64,000 nucleotides of DNA. Origin: Dipteris shenzhenensis. Taxonomy: Eukaryota. Where the stretch lies: the NCBI GenBank assembly GCA_047967505.1, contig CM106538.1. One strand, given 5' to 3'. The translations under genes and the position numbers were made by a program. Shown here in pieces: positions 12,076-22,110 of this stretch. Positions within the stretch are counted from its first letter, which is position 1. Each line of letters starts with the position of its first letter. The notes under the pieces were generated by a model, which had not been told where the DNA came from, did not search any database, and saw only the letters and a program-made list of their open reading frames with translations.

Positions 12076-12436
12076 ACATGGCGTGATTGTTGGCCACATA
12101 GTGTCCAAGAATGGCATCTCCATGGATTACAACAAGATCAAGATCATTGTAGAATTACCTCCCCCCCACAAATGCCAATGGCATGCAATGGTTTACGGGT
12201 CATACGGACTACTATCGAAGGTTCATCCTAAGGTTCATCCTGTTCTATGCAGAATTAGCTCGGCCACCATTGTACAAGCTATTAGTAGTCTTTGAGTGGA
12301 CCAAGGGGTGTCAAAAACTCCTTTGAAACCCTCAAGCTATCTTTGGCCATAGCAGCGGTGTTACAGGCCCTGGACTTATATTCCACATTCACATAGATGC
12401 CTCCAATTTTGCTATCGGATGTGTGTTCCAACCAGG
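12076..12436 (+). mobile_element. Older Ty3/gypsy RT-RNase H fragment, left part (split by the 12437-21543 insertion)
   Basis: HGVIVGHIVSKNGISMDYNKI..FHIHIDASNFAIGCV; continues at 21544. Confidence 0.8.
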
Positions 12437-13451
12437 TACTAACTAGAAAAGAATTCGAGGCATGATGCTAGATGCAAGGCATGGCTATGTTAGAGGGCCA
12501 TAGAGGAAAAGGGAACATGAGGGAAGAAGCATTAACATAGGTGGGGAAAAAGGATTAAGAGGGGTGGGAATGAAGAGAGGGACTATGCCACAAGGCGGAA
12601 GGGAGAGGAGTAAGAGGAGCATGTACATGATGGGAGGTGGAATGTAGAGATGGAGACATCAAGGGAAGAGAGTCATGCTTTATTTGAAAGGAAGGATGGG
12701 GGGGGGGGGGGAAATCAAAGTACTAGCTAGGTGGCTTTACAAGAATGAGCATGTTCCATCAAGGAATAGCCCCCTCCTTTTATAGCCAAGAGAGGGGGTC
12801 TCTCCCAATCAATGCATCCTCCCACAGGCATGGTGTGTGTGGAAAAGTCTCCCATGTGGGCTAGGCGGTTACGCACTCTCAATTGTGTGCGACAACCCTT
12901 GGCCTCATTTTTCCACATATATCAACACCCATATCCCAAGTCTAAGATACTCCCTTGGTCTCTTCCCAATTTTATAATACATTCAAACATCTAGGAGGAC
13001 AAGTGGACGGTTGGCACAAGGAATCTTGCCACCTCATCCTACTTTCCCATTATTTAACTTGCATTCTTGGACTTTCTATACCCCCCCCCCCCCCCACATG
13101 GGCCTATCCTACATGGAGGGAATAATCCAATATAATATCCATCTCCATCTATTTTATATTACTTCTCCAATGGTCCTTGGGCCATATCTCACTAAATGTA
13201 GGCATGGGACTGCCTAGGTGGAGGGGTGGTACATGGAGGACCCATGCCACCTTATCATTTTATATTATTACTACCATGGATTATGTACAACACACCTTAT
13301 GGGTCCTCTTACGTGGAAGGGTGGCACATGGTCATGCCCTACCACCTCAACCCTGGGCCTTATCCACACCATATTTTATTATACTATTGCCACACATACA
13401 AGCACACACACATATTTATGCCTTTTACTTTGGTCAAACTTATCCATAACA
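12437..13451 (-). repeat. 3' LTR of the gypsy element
   Basis: Highly similar to 20535-21543; begins TGTTATGGAT on the minus strand right after the PPT. Confidence 0.92.
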
Positions 13452-13462
13452 GTTCCCTCCCC
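13452..13462 (-). other. Polypurine tract
   Basis: GGGGAGGGAAC immediately before the 3' LTR TG. Confidence 0.8.
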
Positions 13463-13469
13463 AGGAAGG

Positions 13470-14800
13470 GAATGCACAACATTTCCATGCCTGGGACCAT
13501 CAGGCACAAAGAAGGGCTTGAGATAACACTTGTTGATCACCTTCTTGCCATATGGCTCATGCAGCTCTTGTACTTGTACAGACCCATTGCTATGTTCCTT
13601 GATAACTGTGTATGGACAGATCCACAATGGAAGGAACTTTTTATCCATCTGGTGGTCCAATCTATTATTAAAGCATAGCACAACATCTCCCTCAGCAAAG
13701 CGTCTTTCCCATCCCTTGTGAATCTTAGCATCCATGCGGGCCTTTTGTCGGTTCTTTTGGATCTCTGTTTGATGGAGTGCAAGGCATTGGGTTTCATCTA
13801 GCTTCTCAAGTTGTACCAACCTGGCCTCTACATGTTCATCTTCTGTCATCCTCTATTCTTGTGCTAATCTCAAGGCCGGAATCTCTATCTCTAGTGGTAA
13901 AACTGCCTCAGTACCGTACACCAACTCAAAAGGAGTGTGACCTGTAGACGTTTTATGGGTGATGTTGTAAGCCCACACGGCTTCGGTGACCTTCTGATCC
14001 CACTGGCTCCTGTTCCCTGTGGCCATTTTTCCCATGGATTTACAAAGGAGGCCATTGATCCGCTCCATTTGTCCCATGGATGCTGGATAATAGATGCTAG
14101 AAGTGCGATGATCAATACCCATGCGATCCATGAGCAACTCCACTGCTTCATTTAAGAATGGACTCCCATGGTCAGATACTATTTCCATGGGTGTCCCAAA
14201 CCTTGTGCAAATACGTTCAAATATGAAATTTGAAACTACCTTACCATTTGCAGCGGGGAGGGCAATAGCTTCAACCCACTTAGTGACATACTGACTGGCT
14301 ACCAAAAGATACTTCTTTTTGTGGGCAGTCATGGGCAGGGGCCCAACAAAATCTATTCCCCACTTATGAAACGGATGGATGGACATCATTGGGTGATGTT
14401 GCCCAGGACGCAAATCCTTCCTACCAAAGAATTGGCATGGTTCACAAGTTTTGCAATACATAGTGACATCCTTGAACAAGGTCAGCCAATAGTACCCAGC
14501 ATGTAAAATCTTCTTAGCTGTATAGTCACCGGCATAATGACCTCCACAAAATCCATCATGATAATGCTTCAATACCTTAGGTACTTCATCTGCATCAATG
14601 GCCCATCTTAGTACCCCATCCAAGCCTTGACGGTATAACACCCCATCAAAGAGAGTGTAGCGCCTACTATCTCTACGGATCTTCTTTCTCTCATAGCTAG
14701 TACTTTCTGGAGGAAAGGAGAAAGAGGTCAGAAATCTATAGATACCACCATACCATGGATCCCCAACTTCTATGGCTGCTACAAGGGTTACATCGAGGCA
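13470..14800 (-). pseudogene. Gypsy integrase (one in-frame stop near 13853)
   Basis: HHCC (HDGFCGGH..CEPCQ), WGIDFVGP, IVSDHGSPF, GQMERIN, C-terminal LWICPY..INKCYLKPF. Confidence 0.9.
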
Positions 14801-14859
14801 CTCCTCTAAACCAATCGAAGCATCCTTCAAGGTGGAACAACCCCCTTTTACAATTTTGA

Positions 14860-15190
14860 ACGAAAAATCATATTCTTGTAAAGCTACCAACCATTTGGCC
14901 AACTGGCCCATGGGATTTGGTGATTGAAGAACCTACTTTGCAAGACCATTGCTGCAAATTATGATGGACTTTCCAGCCACATAATGCTTAAATTTCTCAA
15001 TGTAGAATACCAAAGACAAGCATGCTTGTCAGCCTCAGAGTAGCGTCGTTTAGTTTCGAGCAATTGTCGAGAAGCAAATCTAACGGGATACATGAACCGA
15101 TCCTCCCCTTACTGGAGAAGAATACCTGCGAGAGTATGCTCACCAAACCCAAGATTGATATAGAAAGTCTTTGACCAATCAGGATTGCAT
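14860..15190 (-). pseudogene. Native pol RNase H, catalytically degenerate (tether-like)
   Basis: PDWSKTFYINLGFG..AGILLQ*..YPVRFASRQL..RRYSEA/QACLSLVF..KFKHYV..IIICSN..QLAKWLVALQEYDF: no TDAS, EKE or TDH acidic residues. Confidence 0.8.
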
Positions 15191-15199
15191 AGAATGGGT

Positions 15200-16100
15200 T
15201 CTGAAGCCAGAGCACTCTTGATTTGTACAAACCCATGATCACAATCCTCATCCCAAGAGAAATCAACTCCATCTTTTAATAGCATAGTCATGGGTCGCGT
15301 CAAAGCAGCATATTGATCAATGAAGCGGCGATAGTATCCTACTAGATTGACAAATGAGTATACCTGACGTTTGGTTGTTGGCGGGGGAGCTTGAGAATAG
15401 CTTCTACCTTCTCGAGGTCACGCTTGATGCCCTCGGATGAGACAATATGTCCCAGTAACCTCCCTTGAGTGGCCTAAATGGTGCATTTATCAGGGTTGAG
15501 GCTGCCATTTGCATCATTGACCTTTTGGAAGGCCAACCTAACCTTCATGATGTGCTTCTTACATGCCGAGAATATACAGAAATCATCTAAAAACACCTCC
15601 AAGAAAACCCCCAAATATGGAGCAAACACCATCTGCATGAAGCTTTGAAAGGTAGCAGGAGCATTGGTGAGGCCAAATGGCATTACTTTGAATGTAAACG
15701 TCCCCCAAGGTGTGGCAAATGTGGTTTTAAGCACATCCTCCTCAGCAATTCTTATTTGATAAAACCCGGAGTAACCATCACAGAAAGTATACATCTCATG
15801 ACCACTTACCTTCTCAAGAATGAGGTCTTGAAAGGGAAGAGGATGATGGTCCCTCTTGGTGGCTGCATTGAGTTTCTTATAGTCGATGCAGACCCGCCAC
15901 TTGTTGTTTTTCTTTGGGGTGACTACCATTGGTGAAACCCATTCAGTATTGTGAACCGGAACAATAAACCTAGCTTCTATAAGTTTCTACAACTCTGAGT
16001 GCAAAGCATCGGTCTGTAGGCGCCCTAATCTCTTATACTTCTGAGCCACAGGCTTCACATCAGAGGCTTCAGCTCTATCTTGTGCTCTATGGTAGTCACA
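15200..16100 (-). pseudogene. Gypsy reverse transcriptase
   Basis: WRVCIDYKKLN, DGYSGFYQI, MPFGLTNAPATFQ, FLDDF. Confidence 0.92.
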
Positions 16101-16335
16101 TGGCGAAGGTGGCGGTAGCTAGTTACGAAGAGGTCAGGGAAATCTTTGAACATTTCTAGGAACTCATCTTTCTCACTTGGCATGAGGTTTGGGGAAAGCA
16201 TAGATTCAAGCTATTGAGGACTAGCTGTTACCTTTTCTGCAGGTGGCAGGGTCAGAGACACCCTCATCATGTAAATTTCCTCCTCTGAGAACTCCTCCCC
16301 CCATCTAATTCTTCCATTGATTCAGACACCGAGGA

Positions 16336-17292
16336 TTAGAGAGTATCACTGTCTTGCTCCTCTTCTTCTTCTGGTTCAGTGGCACCTGGTTGCACCAAGA
16401 TCTTCTCCTTAGAAGCACCAAAAGACATGTGTCCTGTCTTCCAATAGCTAACTGCATCACTCTTTCTCAACCATGGTCTCCCGAGTATGGCTGGGTAACT
16501 CCTGCATGTATCTTTGATGTCCACTACATAGAAATTGACGGCGGTGGTCAACCCATTGACAGTGATGGGCAAATCCTCAATGACTCCCATGGTGGCGAGT
16601 CGTTGACCATCTGCTACCTTGATTCGAGTGGAGGAATGCCTTGTGCATTTCAAATTCAATTTCTTCATGATCCAGAGCACCATGATATTACATGCAGCTC
16701 CCCCATCGACACACACACTTTTGATATGGCAATTATCTATGATGACATCTACTATATATGGGTGCCGATCAATTTCTTCAGAGATAGAAGAAACCTCTCG
16801 TACCTTTCCCTTTTTCTTGCTCCTCCTTGTTGAGAGCCCTTGCTGCATCTCATGTCTCACCTTAGGGCTTAATGCTATTAGTTGAGGAAGCGTGATGCTC
16901 AAAGACCGATGAGCAAGGTCCTGAACGACCGAATAGTCCTCTTGCCCTAAGCCGATAGGAAAATCCGAGGGTGACAACTTACTCCTATGAGATATTTTAG
17001 TCTTCTTTGTTGGTGGGTTTGCCATCTCAGCATTTGAGGGCTCTGCGAAGGACACCTTCTTCCTAGGAAGGCCTGATCCACGGTTTGGACAGGGGTCCGA
17101 GGTGGTACGACTTCTTTTCCCAGGGTCAAGTATATCTACGTCAGAATCCTCAATGCCTGATTCACTTAGAAGATTCGCCCTTGGAATATTGGGGCATTCC
17201 GTGCAATAATGACCCTTCTGGTGGCACTTGTAGCACACAACATTGGCACATTCTCTTGGAGGGCGATTGGCTTGATTTCTGATGCCCACCAT
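16336..17292 (-). pseudogene. Gag C-terminal CCHC knuckle and aspartic protease
   Basis: CYKCHQKGHYCTEC; VDGGAACN; ILGRPWL. Confidence 0.88.
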
Positions 17293-17601
17293 CTCAAGCC
17301 GAAGATCATTCAGGGCCTTGGCTAGGTCATTGACTCCGAGTTCTTTAGCAGGAGGGGCCGGGGGAGTAGGAAGGAGGGGGGCTCATGGGCGAGGCTGGGG
17401 AAATCTTCCAGGCAGAGGTTGAGGATATACTCCTTGTTGAGGGTAAGCATCTATAGGAGGACCATACATTTGAGGTGGAGGCAGTGGATACATCCCTGAT
17501 GAGGGGTGGGGGTATGCCCCTGAGTTGGAGCCCCCAGGTTGTTGTTGCAAGAATTAAGGGGGTTGCAAAGGGACAATCGTCTTCTTTGAAGTGAGGTCAG
17601 A

Positions 17602-18105
17602 CTAAACTTTATCAAACTTTTGAGCAATCTCATGTGCTAGCACCATAGTTTCCGGATTCTCCCATTTAAGCTTGAGGCGGAACTCGTCACTTGCTCCTAC
17701 TACAAGGTAGCCCAGCACATGCTGAGTCATTCCAGCTCGAAATCCGACATTGTTCTCTTGTGTGGCAATTAAACGGTCCAAGAGCACGGCCGCTTGATCC
17801 ACATATTGATGCGCCGTCTTACCTTCTGACTGCTTCAAGTTTTCCACCTGCAAGTACACATTCTCTAGCTCTTCTTTGCCAAAATACTCAATCATCATTG
17901 CTGTCAACCTTGGCCAGCTTTGGCGAATGTCTTCGGCTTGCTTCTCATACCACACTTGAGCCAAACCCTCTAGAAATGTGGGAAGAACCAACAGCCATCT
18001 ATCTTCAGTAAGAAAGTTGAGAGAAACACAATGGCACTTGAAGGCCACAAGATACTCATTTGGATTTTCTTCAACCCATCCACAGAACACATGAATGTTA
18101 GCCAT
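17602..18105 (-). pseudogene. Retrotransposon gag capsid region
   Basis: MANIHVFCG..ENPNEYL..FLEGLAQVWY..SWPRL..LKQSEG. Confidence 0.8.
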
Positions 18106-18534
18106 GCTTGGAAAATGGAAAAGAGAGAGACGAAATGAGGCTTACCTATTGGCAAACAATGGAAAGAGGTAGCTTGAACTGAAAATCAAATGAAGATACA
18201 TCCACGAAGCACACATAGGCAGGGTAGGGTGTGACTGGTGTATTGTGAAATACTACACGGGAAGAATCTTCAACATAGAATAGCTCATAGGCAATCTTAA
18301 AAGGACCAACCCTTACAAGCGAGGGTTAGAGACACGGCGCTACATGAGGTTGTTCATCAAGGCAAACAAGAATGCCATGACAAATGTCAACAGTTGGAGA
18401 GCTTGCACATCACCTTCAGCTTCTTCCAGTTCTTGTAGTCACCATGCTATTTCTTCAAGGGGTGTGCGGTTTGGCATCCTTCTTTTGGGCAATGTCCTTG
18501 AGGACTTTCTGATGATATTCCAAAGTCGGTAAAC

Positions 18535-19068
18535 TCATATCAAATATGCCCAACACTTAGTTTCATGATGACCACAACCTTTGCATTCCTTACAAATGAT
18601 CACCCTCATTCGTGGCTTGCGGCTTTGTTGGAGCGATGCTTCCGCTCGTTTCATGCGTGATTGAAGTACAAGCTTCACTTGCCAAGAAATCAGCAACTAG
18701 ATTTTGAGCTCGAGGCATATGCTGAATTTTTACCTCTTCAAATTGTTGGCAAAGTTCCAATGCTTGTTGATACCGTGGAACCAAGCCTTCGCTCTGCACC
18801 TTCCACTAACTTGTTCACACATGAGTTGAGAATCTCCTTGAACCTCAAGTTGCTTGATGCGATGTTCTTGCGCCTTTTGTAGCCCAAAAATGAGTGTCGA
18901 GTACTCAACTTGGTTGCAAGTACTTGCTGGTGCAGACTCGCTATAACAATACACCTCACCCCCTGGTGAAGTGAGCTTCACATCCACACTAGCAGCCTTG
19001 GTCGAAGGTTTGTATGCACCATCAAATTGGAGGAGCCAAGATGTAAGACTAAAATCCGGACATCCCAA
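18535..19068 (-). pseudogene. Archaeal-type RNase H (aRH) followed by a CCHC knuckle, upstream of gag; two frameshifts
   Basis: WLLQFDGA, TCNQVEY, LEVQGDSQL, HMPRAQNLVADFLA; then CKECKGCGHHETKC at 18594-18553 in a shifted frame. Confidence 0.85.
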
Positions 19069-19259
19069 GTTTCTCGATAGTCCAAGACAGGTAGAAGGAG
19101 AGGGTGGGGAGAATTGAATACTTAAGCAAGATGTTCAGCACCAAATAAACTTGCAATCCTTTGTTGATAGTTTATATTTAGACCAAAAAGAATTACAACT
19201 TGAAGCTCAATGAGGCACAAAAGGTTGATTAGGTACAAAGGGATTCCTTGGTCGAAACA

Positions 19260-19670
19260 TTACCAACCATAGCCGAGCCCTAGAAACCTTTGTAGTGAGA
19301 TTGAGAAGAAATCATTCAAGACGAGCTTATCCACAGGAATTAATAAGCATATGCACCAAATCTCCCCCCAAGCTTGGAGAGTATCCCACCCTTCGAAGAA
19401 TGTCACCCTTTTAATTACCTCTGATGCAAAAAGTAGCTCGATCACTACACAATGAGTAGAATTGAAATCAAAGTCCTCCCACTGTATCACTAGTTCTTCA
19501 CCTTGAATCATCCACGGTGTATCATCCCACCCATCGTCACCTTGAACAACGCATTGTACAATTAGTTGTTGAAGATCGACATGAAGATCAAGAAAGAGAT
19601 CTCGCCAATTGGTAGCTGTAATGAGCAGAGGGCCGAGCACCAAATCCTTGAACTCGTCGAGAAGTGACAT
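19260..19670 (-). CDS. 136-aa ORF of unknown function in the gypsy 5' region
   Basis: ATG start, uninterrupted, same strand as gag-pol, acidic and W/F-rich; no recognised domain. Confidence 0.4.
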   Translation of the reverse strand: MSLLDEFKDLVLGPLLITATNWRDLFLDLHVDLQQLIVQCVVQGDDGWDDTPWMIQGEELVIQWEDFDFNSTHCVVIELLFASEVIKRVTFFEGWDTLQAWGEIWCICLLIPVDKLVLNDFFSISLQRFLGLGYGW

Positions 19671-19880
19671 AAATATTCACCCTCCTAGTGTGGCGTGCGT
19701 CCAATGAGTGAACTTGAAAAAGTTCAGAATCTACGATCTAGTATCAGATATGAATAGAGCACATGAAATGAAGTACTTTTGCTTTCTACAACAAGAGGAA
19801 ACTCCCTATGGTTAGAGAGTTATAGTTCATGAGATTTCACCATATAAGTAATATCATTACACTTGCATCACTTCCTATAT

Positions 19881-19940
19881 GCTGGCCCATTGGTAAGTCT
19901 TCCTTTTGTGAATGGGGAGGTCTTGGGTTCAATTCCCACT
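19881..19940 (+). other. Degenerate tRNA-like (Pol III A/B box) sequence in the gypsy leader
   Basis: TGGCCCATTGG (19883-19893), TTGTGAA loop, GGTTCAATTCC (19926-19936); no acceptor stem. Confidence 0.45.
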
Positions 19941-20512
19941 CCTTAATAAAAAGAGAGGAGAGCAGAGGAGAAGAGGAGAAAGAGAAAGAGAAAGAGAAAG
20001 AGAAAAAGAAGAGGATAGGGGTGCGAGAGATTTTTCAGGAGCCCAAAAAGTCTGTCCGTGATACGTAGGTGCGCCAGAAGACGCAGGGACCCAAGAAAAC
20101 AGTCACGATTTGTCCGCGATGCGCAGATGCACCAGAAGATGCAAGAACTCAAAAAACAGTTGTGATTCGCGATCTGTCCATGATGCAATGGCTACAACCA
20201 AGGGGCGTGCAGATGTTGCAGTTTTGTAGATACACAGGAGCGGTTTTGCAGGCGCAGTCAACCAGAAGACACATAGGAACCCAGAAGATGCGCAAGAACC
20301 TAGAAGAGGCACAGGAACCCAAAAGATGCACAGGAACCGCACGCTGAAGGCACAAAAATTGAGAAATTCTGCAGTCGCAGAGACGGAGAACTGCGAGCAG
20401 AAGATACGCAGATTGGAGGCGCAGAAGCAAAGAACTGCACAAAGAAGGTGCTATAGAACTACACCCAACCGCAGGAGTAACGAATTTTACACCACTAGCC
20501 GTGGAGATTTTG

Positions 20513-20530
20513 ATCCCAGTAGCCACACCA
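20513..20530 (-). other. Primer-binding site complementary to tRNA-His(GUG)
   Basis: Minus strand TGGTGTGGCTACTGGGAT, 4 nt after the 5' LTR; the plus strand matches the plant tRNA-His 3' end ATCCCAGCAGCCACACCA (recalled from memory) with one mismatch. Confidence 0.75.
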
Positions 20531-20534
20531 ATTC

Positions 20535-21543
20535 TATTAACTAGAAAAGAATTCGAGGCATGATGCTAGACGTGAGGCATGGCTACGCTCTAGGGCCATA
20601 GAGGAAAAGGGAACATGAGGGAAGAAGCATTAACATAGGTGGGGAAAAAGGATTAAGAGGGGTGGGAATGAAGAGAGGGACTATGCCATAAGGGGGAAGG
20701 GAGAAAGGGAAGAGGAGCATGTACATGATGGGAGGTGGAACGTAGAGATGGAGACATCAAGGGAAGAGAGTCATGCTTTATTTGAAAGGAAGGAGGGGGG
20801 CGAGGGGGGGAAATCAAAGTACTAGCTTGGTGGCTTTACAAGAATGAGCATGTCCCATCAAGGAATAGCCCCCTCTTTTATAGCCAAGAGAGGGGGTCTC
20901 TCCCAATAAATGCATCCTCCCACATGCATGGTGTGTGTGGAAAAGTCTCCCATGTGAGCTAGGCGGTTATGCACTCTCAATTGTGTGTGACAACCCTTGG
21001 CCTCATTTTTCCACATATATCAACACCCATATCCCAAGTCTAAGATACTCCCTTAGTCTCTTCCCAATTTTATAATACGTTCAAACATCCAGGAGGACAA
21101 GTGGAGGGTTGGCACAAGGAATCTTGCCACCTCATCCTACTTTCCCATTATTTAACTTTCATTCTTGGACTTTCTGTACCCGCCCCCACATGGGCCTATC
21201 CTACATGGAGGGAATAATCCAATATAATATCTATCTCCACCTATTTTATATTACTTCTCCCATGGTCCTTGGGTCATATCTCACTAAATGCAGGCGTGGG
21301 ACCGCCTAGGTAGAGGGGTGGTACATGGAAGACCCATGCCACCTTATCATTTTATATTATTACTACCATGGATTATGTACAACACACCTTATGGGTCCTC
21401 TTACGTGGAAGGGTGGCACATGGTCATGCCCTGCCACCTCAACCCTAGGCCTTATGCACACCATATTTTATTATACTATTGCCACACATACAAGCACACA
21501 CACATATTTATGCCTTTTACTTTGGTCAAATTTATCCATAACA
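20535..21543 (-). repeat. 5' LTR of the gypsy element, TATA-like CTATAAAAG near 20876-20884
   Basis: Highly similar to 12437-13451; followed by PBS; flanked by TSD CCAGG. Confidence 0.92.
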
Positions 21544-22110
21544 CCAGGCAAGTACAACTTGGACTACTTGGTGTACTTTGCTAGCCAGCAATTAAACGAT
21601 GCCGAGATTAATTATACAATAATAGAGAGGGAAGGCCTAGCCATGGTCTACACAGTTAAGAATTTCATGGATTAGTTGTTAGCCAACAAGTTCATCTTTT
21701 TTGTGGATCATCAAGCATTATTGTCTTTGATTAACAAGCCCTACATGATGGGATGCATCACAAGGTGGATGCTAATCCTTCTAGAGCTCAACTTCATAGT
21801 TGCAATGCGTAAGGGAAAGACCCCCGTCCTAGCCGGCCACCTCTCAAGGATTCCCAATGGGAAAGCTCCGATGGGAGTCAAGGATGATCTCCCAGATGCT
21901 CCCCTATTCCTCATCGACATAATTCTGGAATGGGCAGCCAAAATAGGCCACTACTTGGCAAACGGGCTTCCTCTAGATAAAGCCCTCAAGAGGGACAGAG
22001 CCCGCAAAGTTATCAAGGATGCAGTACCATATCAACTAATTGCAAGCTAGCTATACCACATGGGCAAGGATGGCATCATGTGTAGATGCATGTGCAAGCA
22101 CAAATACAAA
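21544..22110 (+). mobile_element. Older Ty3/gypsy RNase H fragment, right part
   Basis: VYFASQQLNDAEINYTIIEREGLAMVY..FFVDHQAL..ITRWMLILLE..LAGHLSR. Confidence 0.82.

Larger units (their letters stand above)
12437..21543 (-). mobile_element. Full-length non-chromovirus Ty3/gypsy LTR retrotransposon (gag-PR-RT-RH-INT, with stops/frameshifts) with accessory ORFs upstream of gag
   Basis: Two ~1.0 kb LTRs, 5-bp TSD CCAGG (12432-12436 and 21544-21548), PBS, PPT, gypsy domain order, no chromodomain. Confidence 0.93.

Noticed and set aside
13011-13678. ORFs duplicated at 21109-21584
   Set aside because: They lie in the two LTRs; the duplication reflects LTR identity, not genes
18590-19068. aRH as a recent horizontal transfer from a prokaryote
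   Set aside because: Archaeal-type RNase H is an established component of plant genes and retroelements, and this one lies inside a plant LTR element
19881-19940. Functional tRNA-His gene
   Set aside because: No acceptor stem and a weak anticodon stem; kept only as a tRNA-like relic
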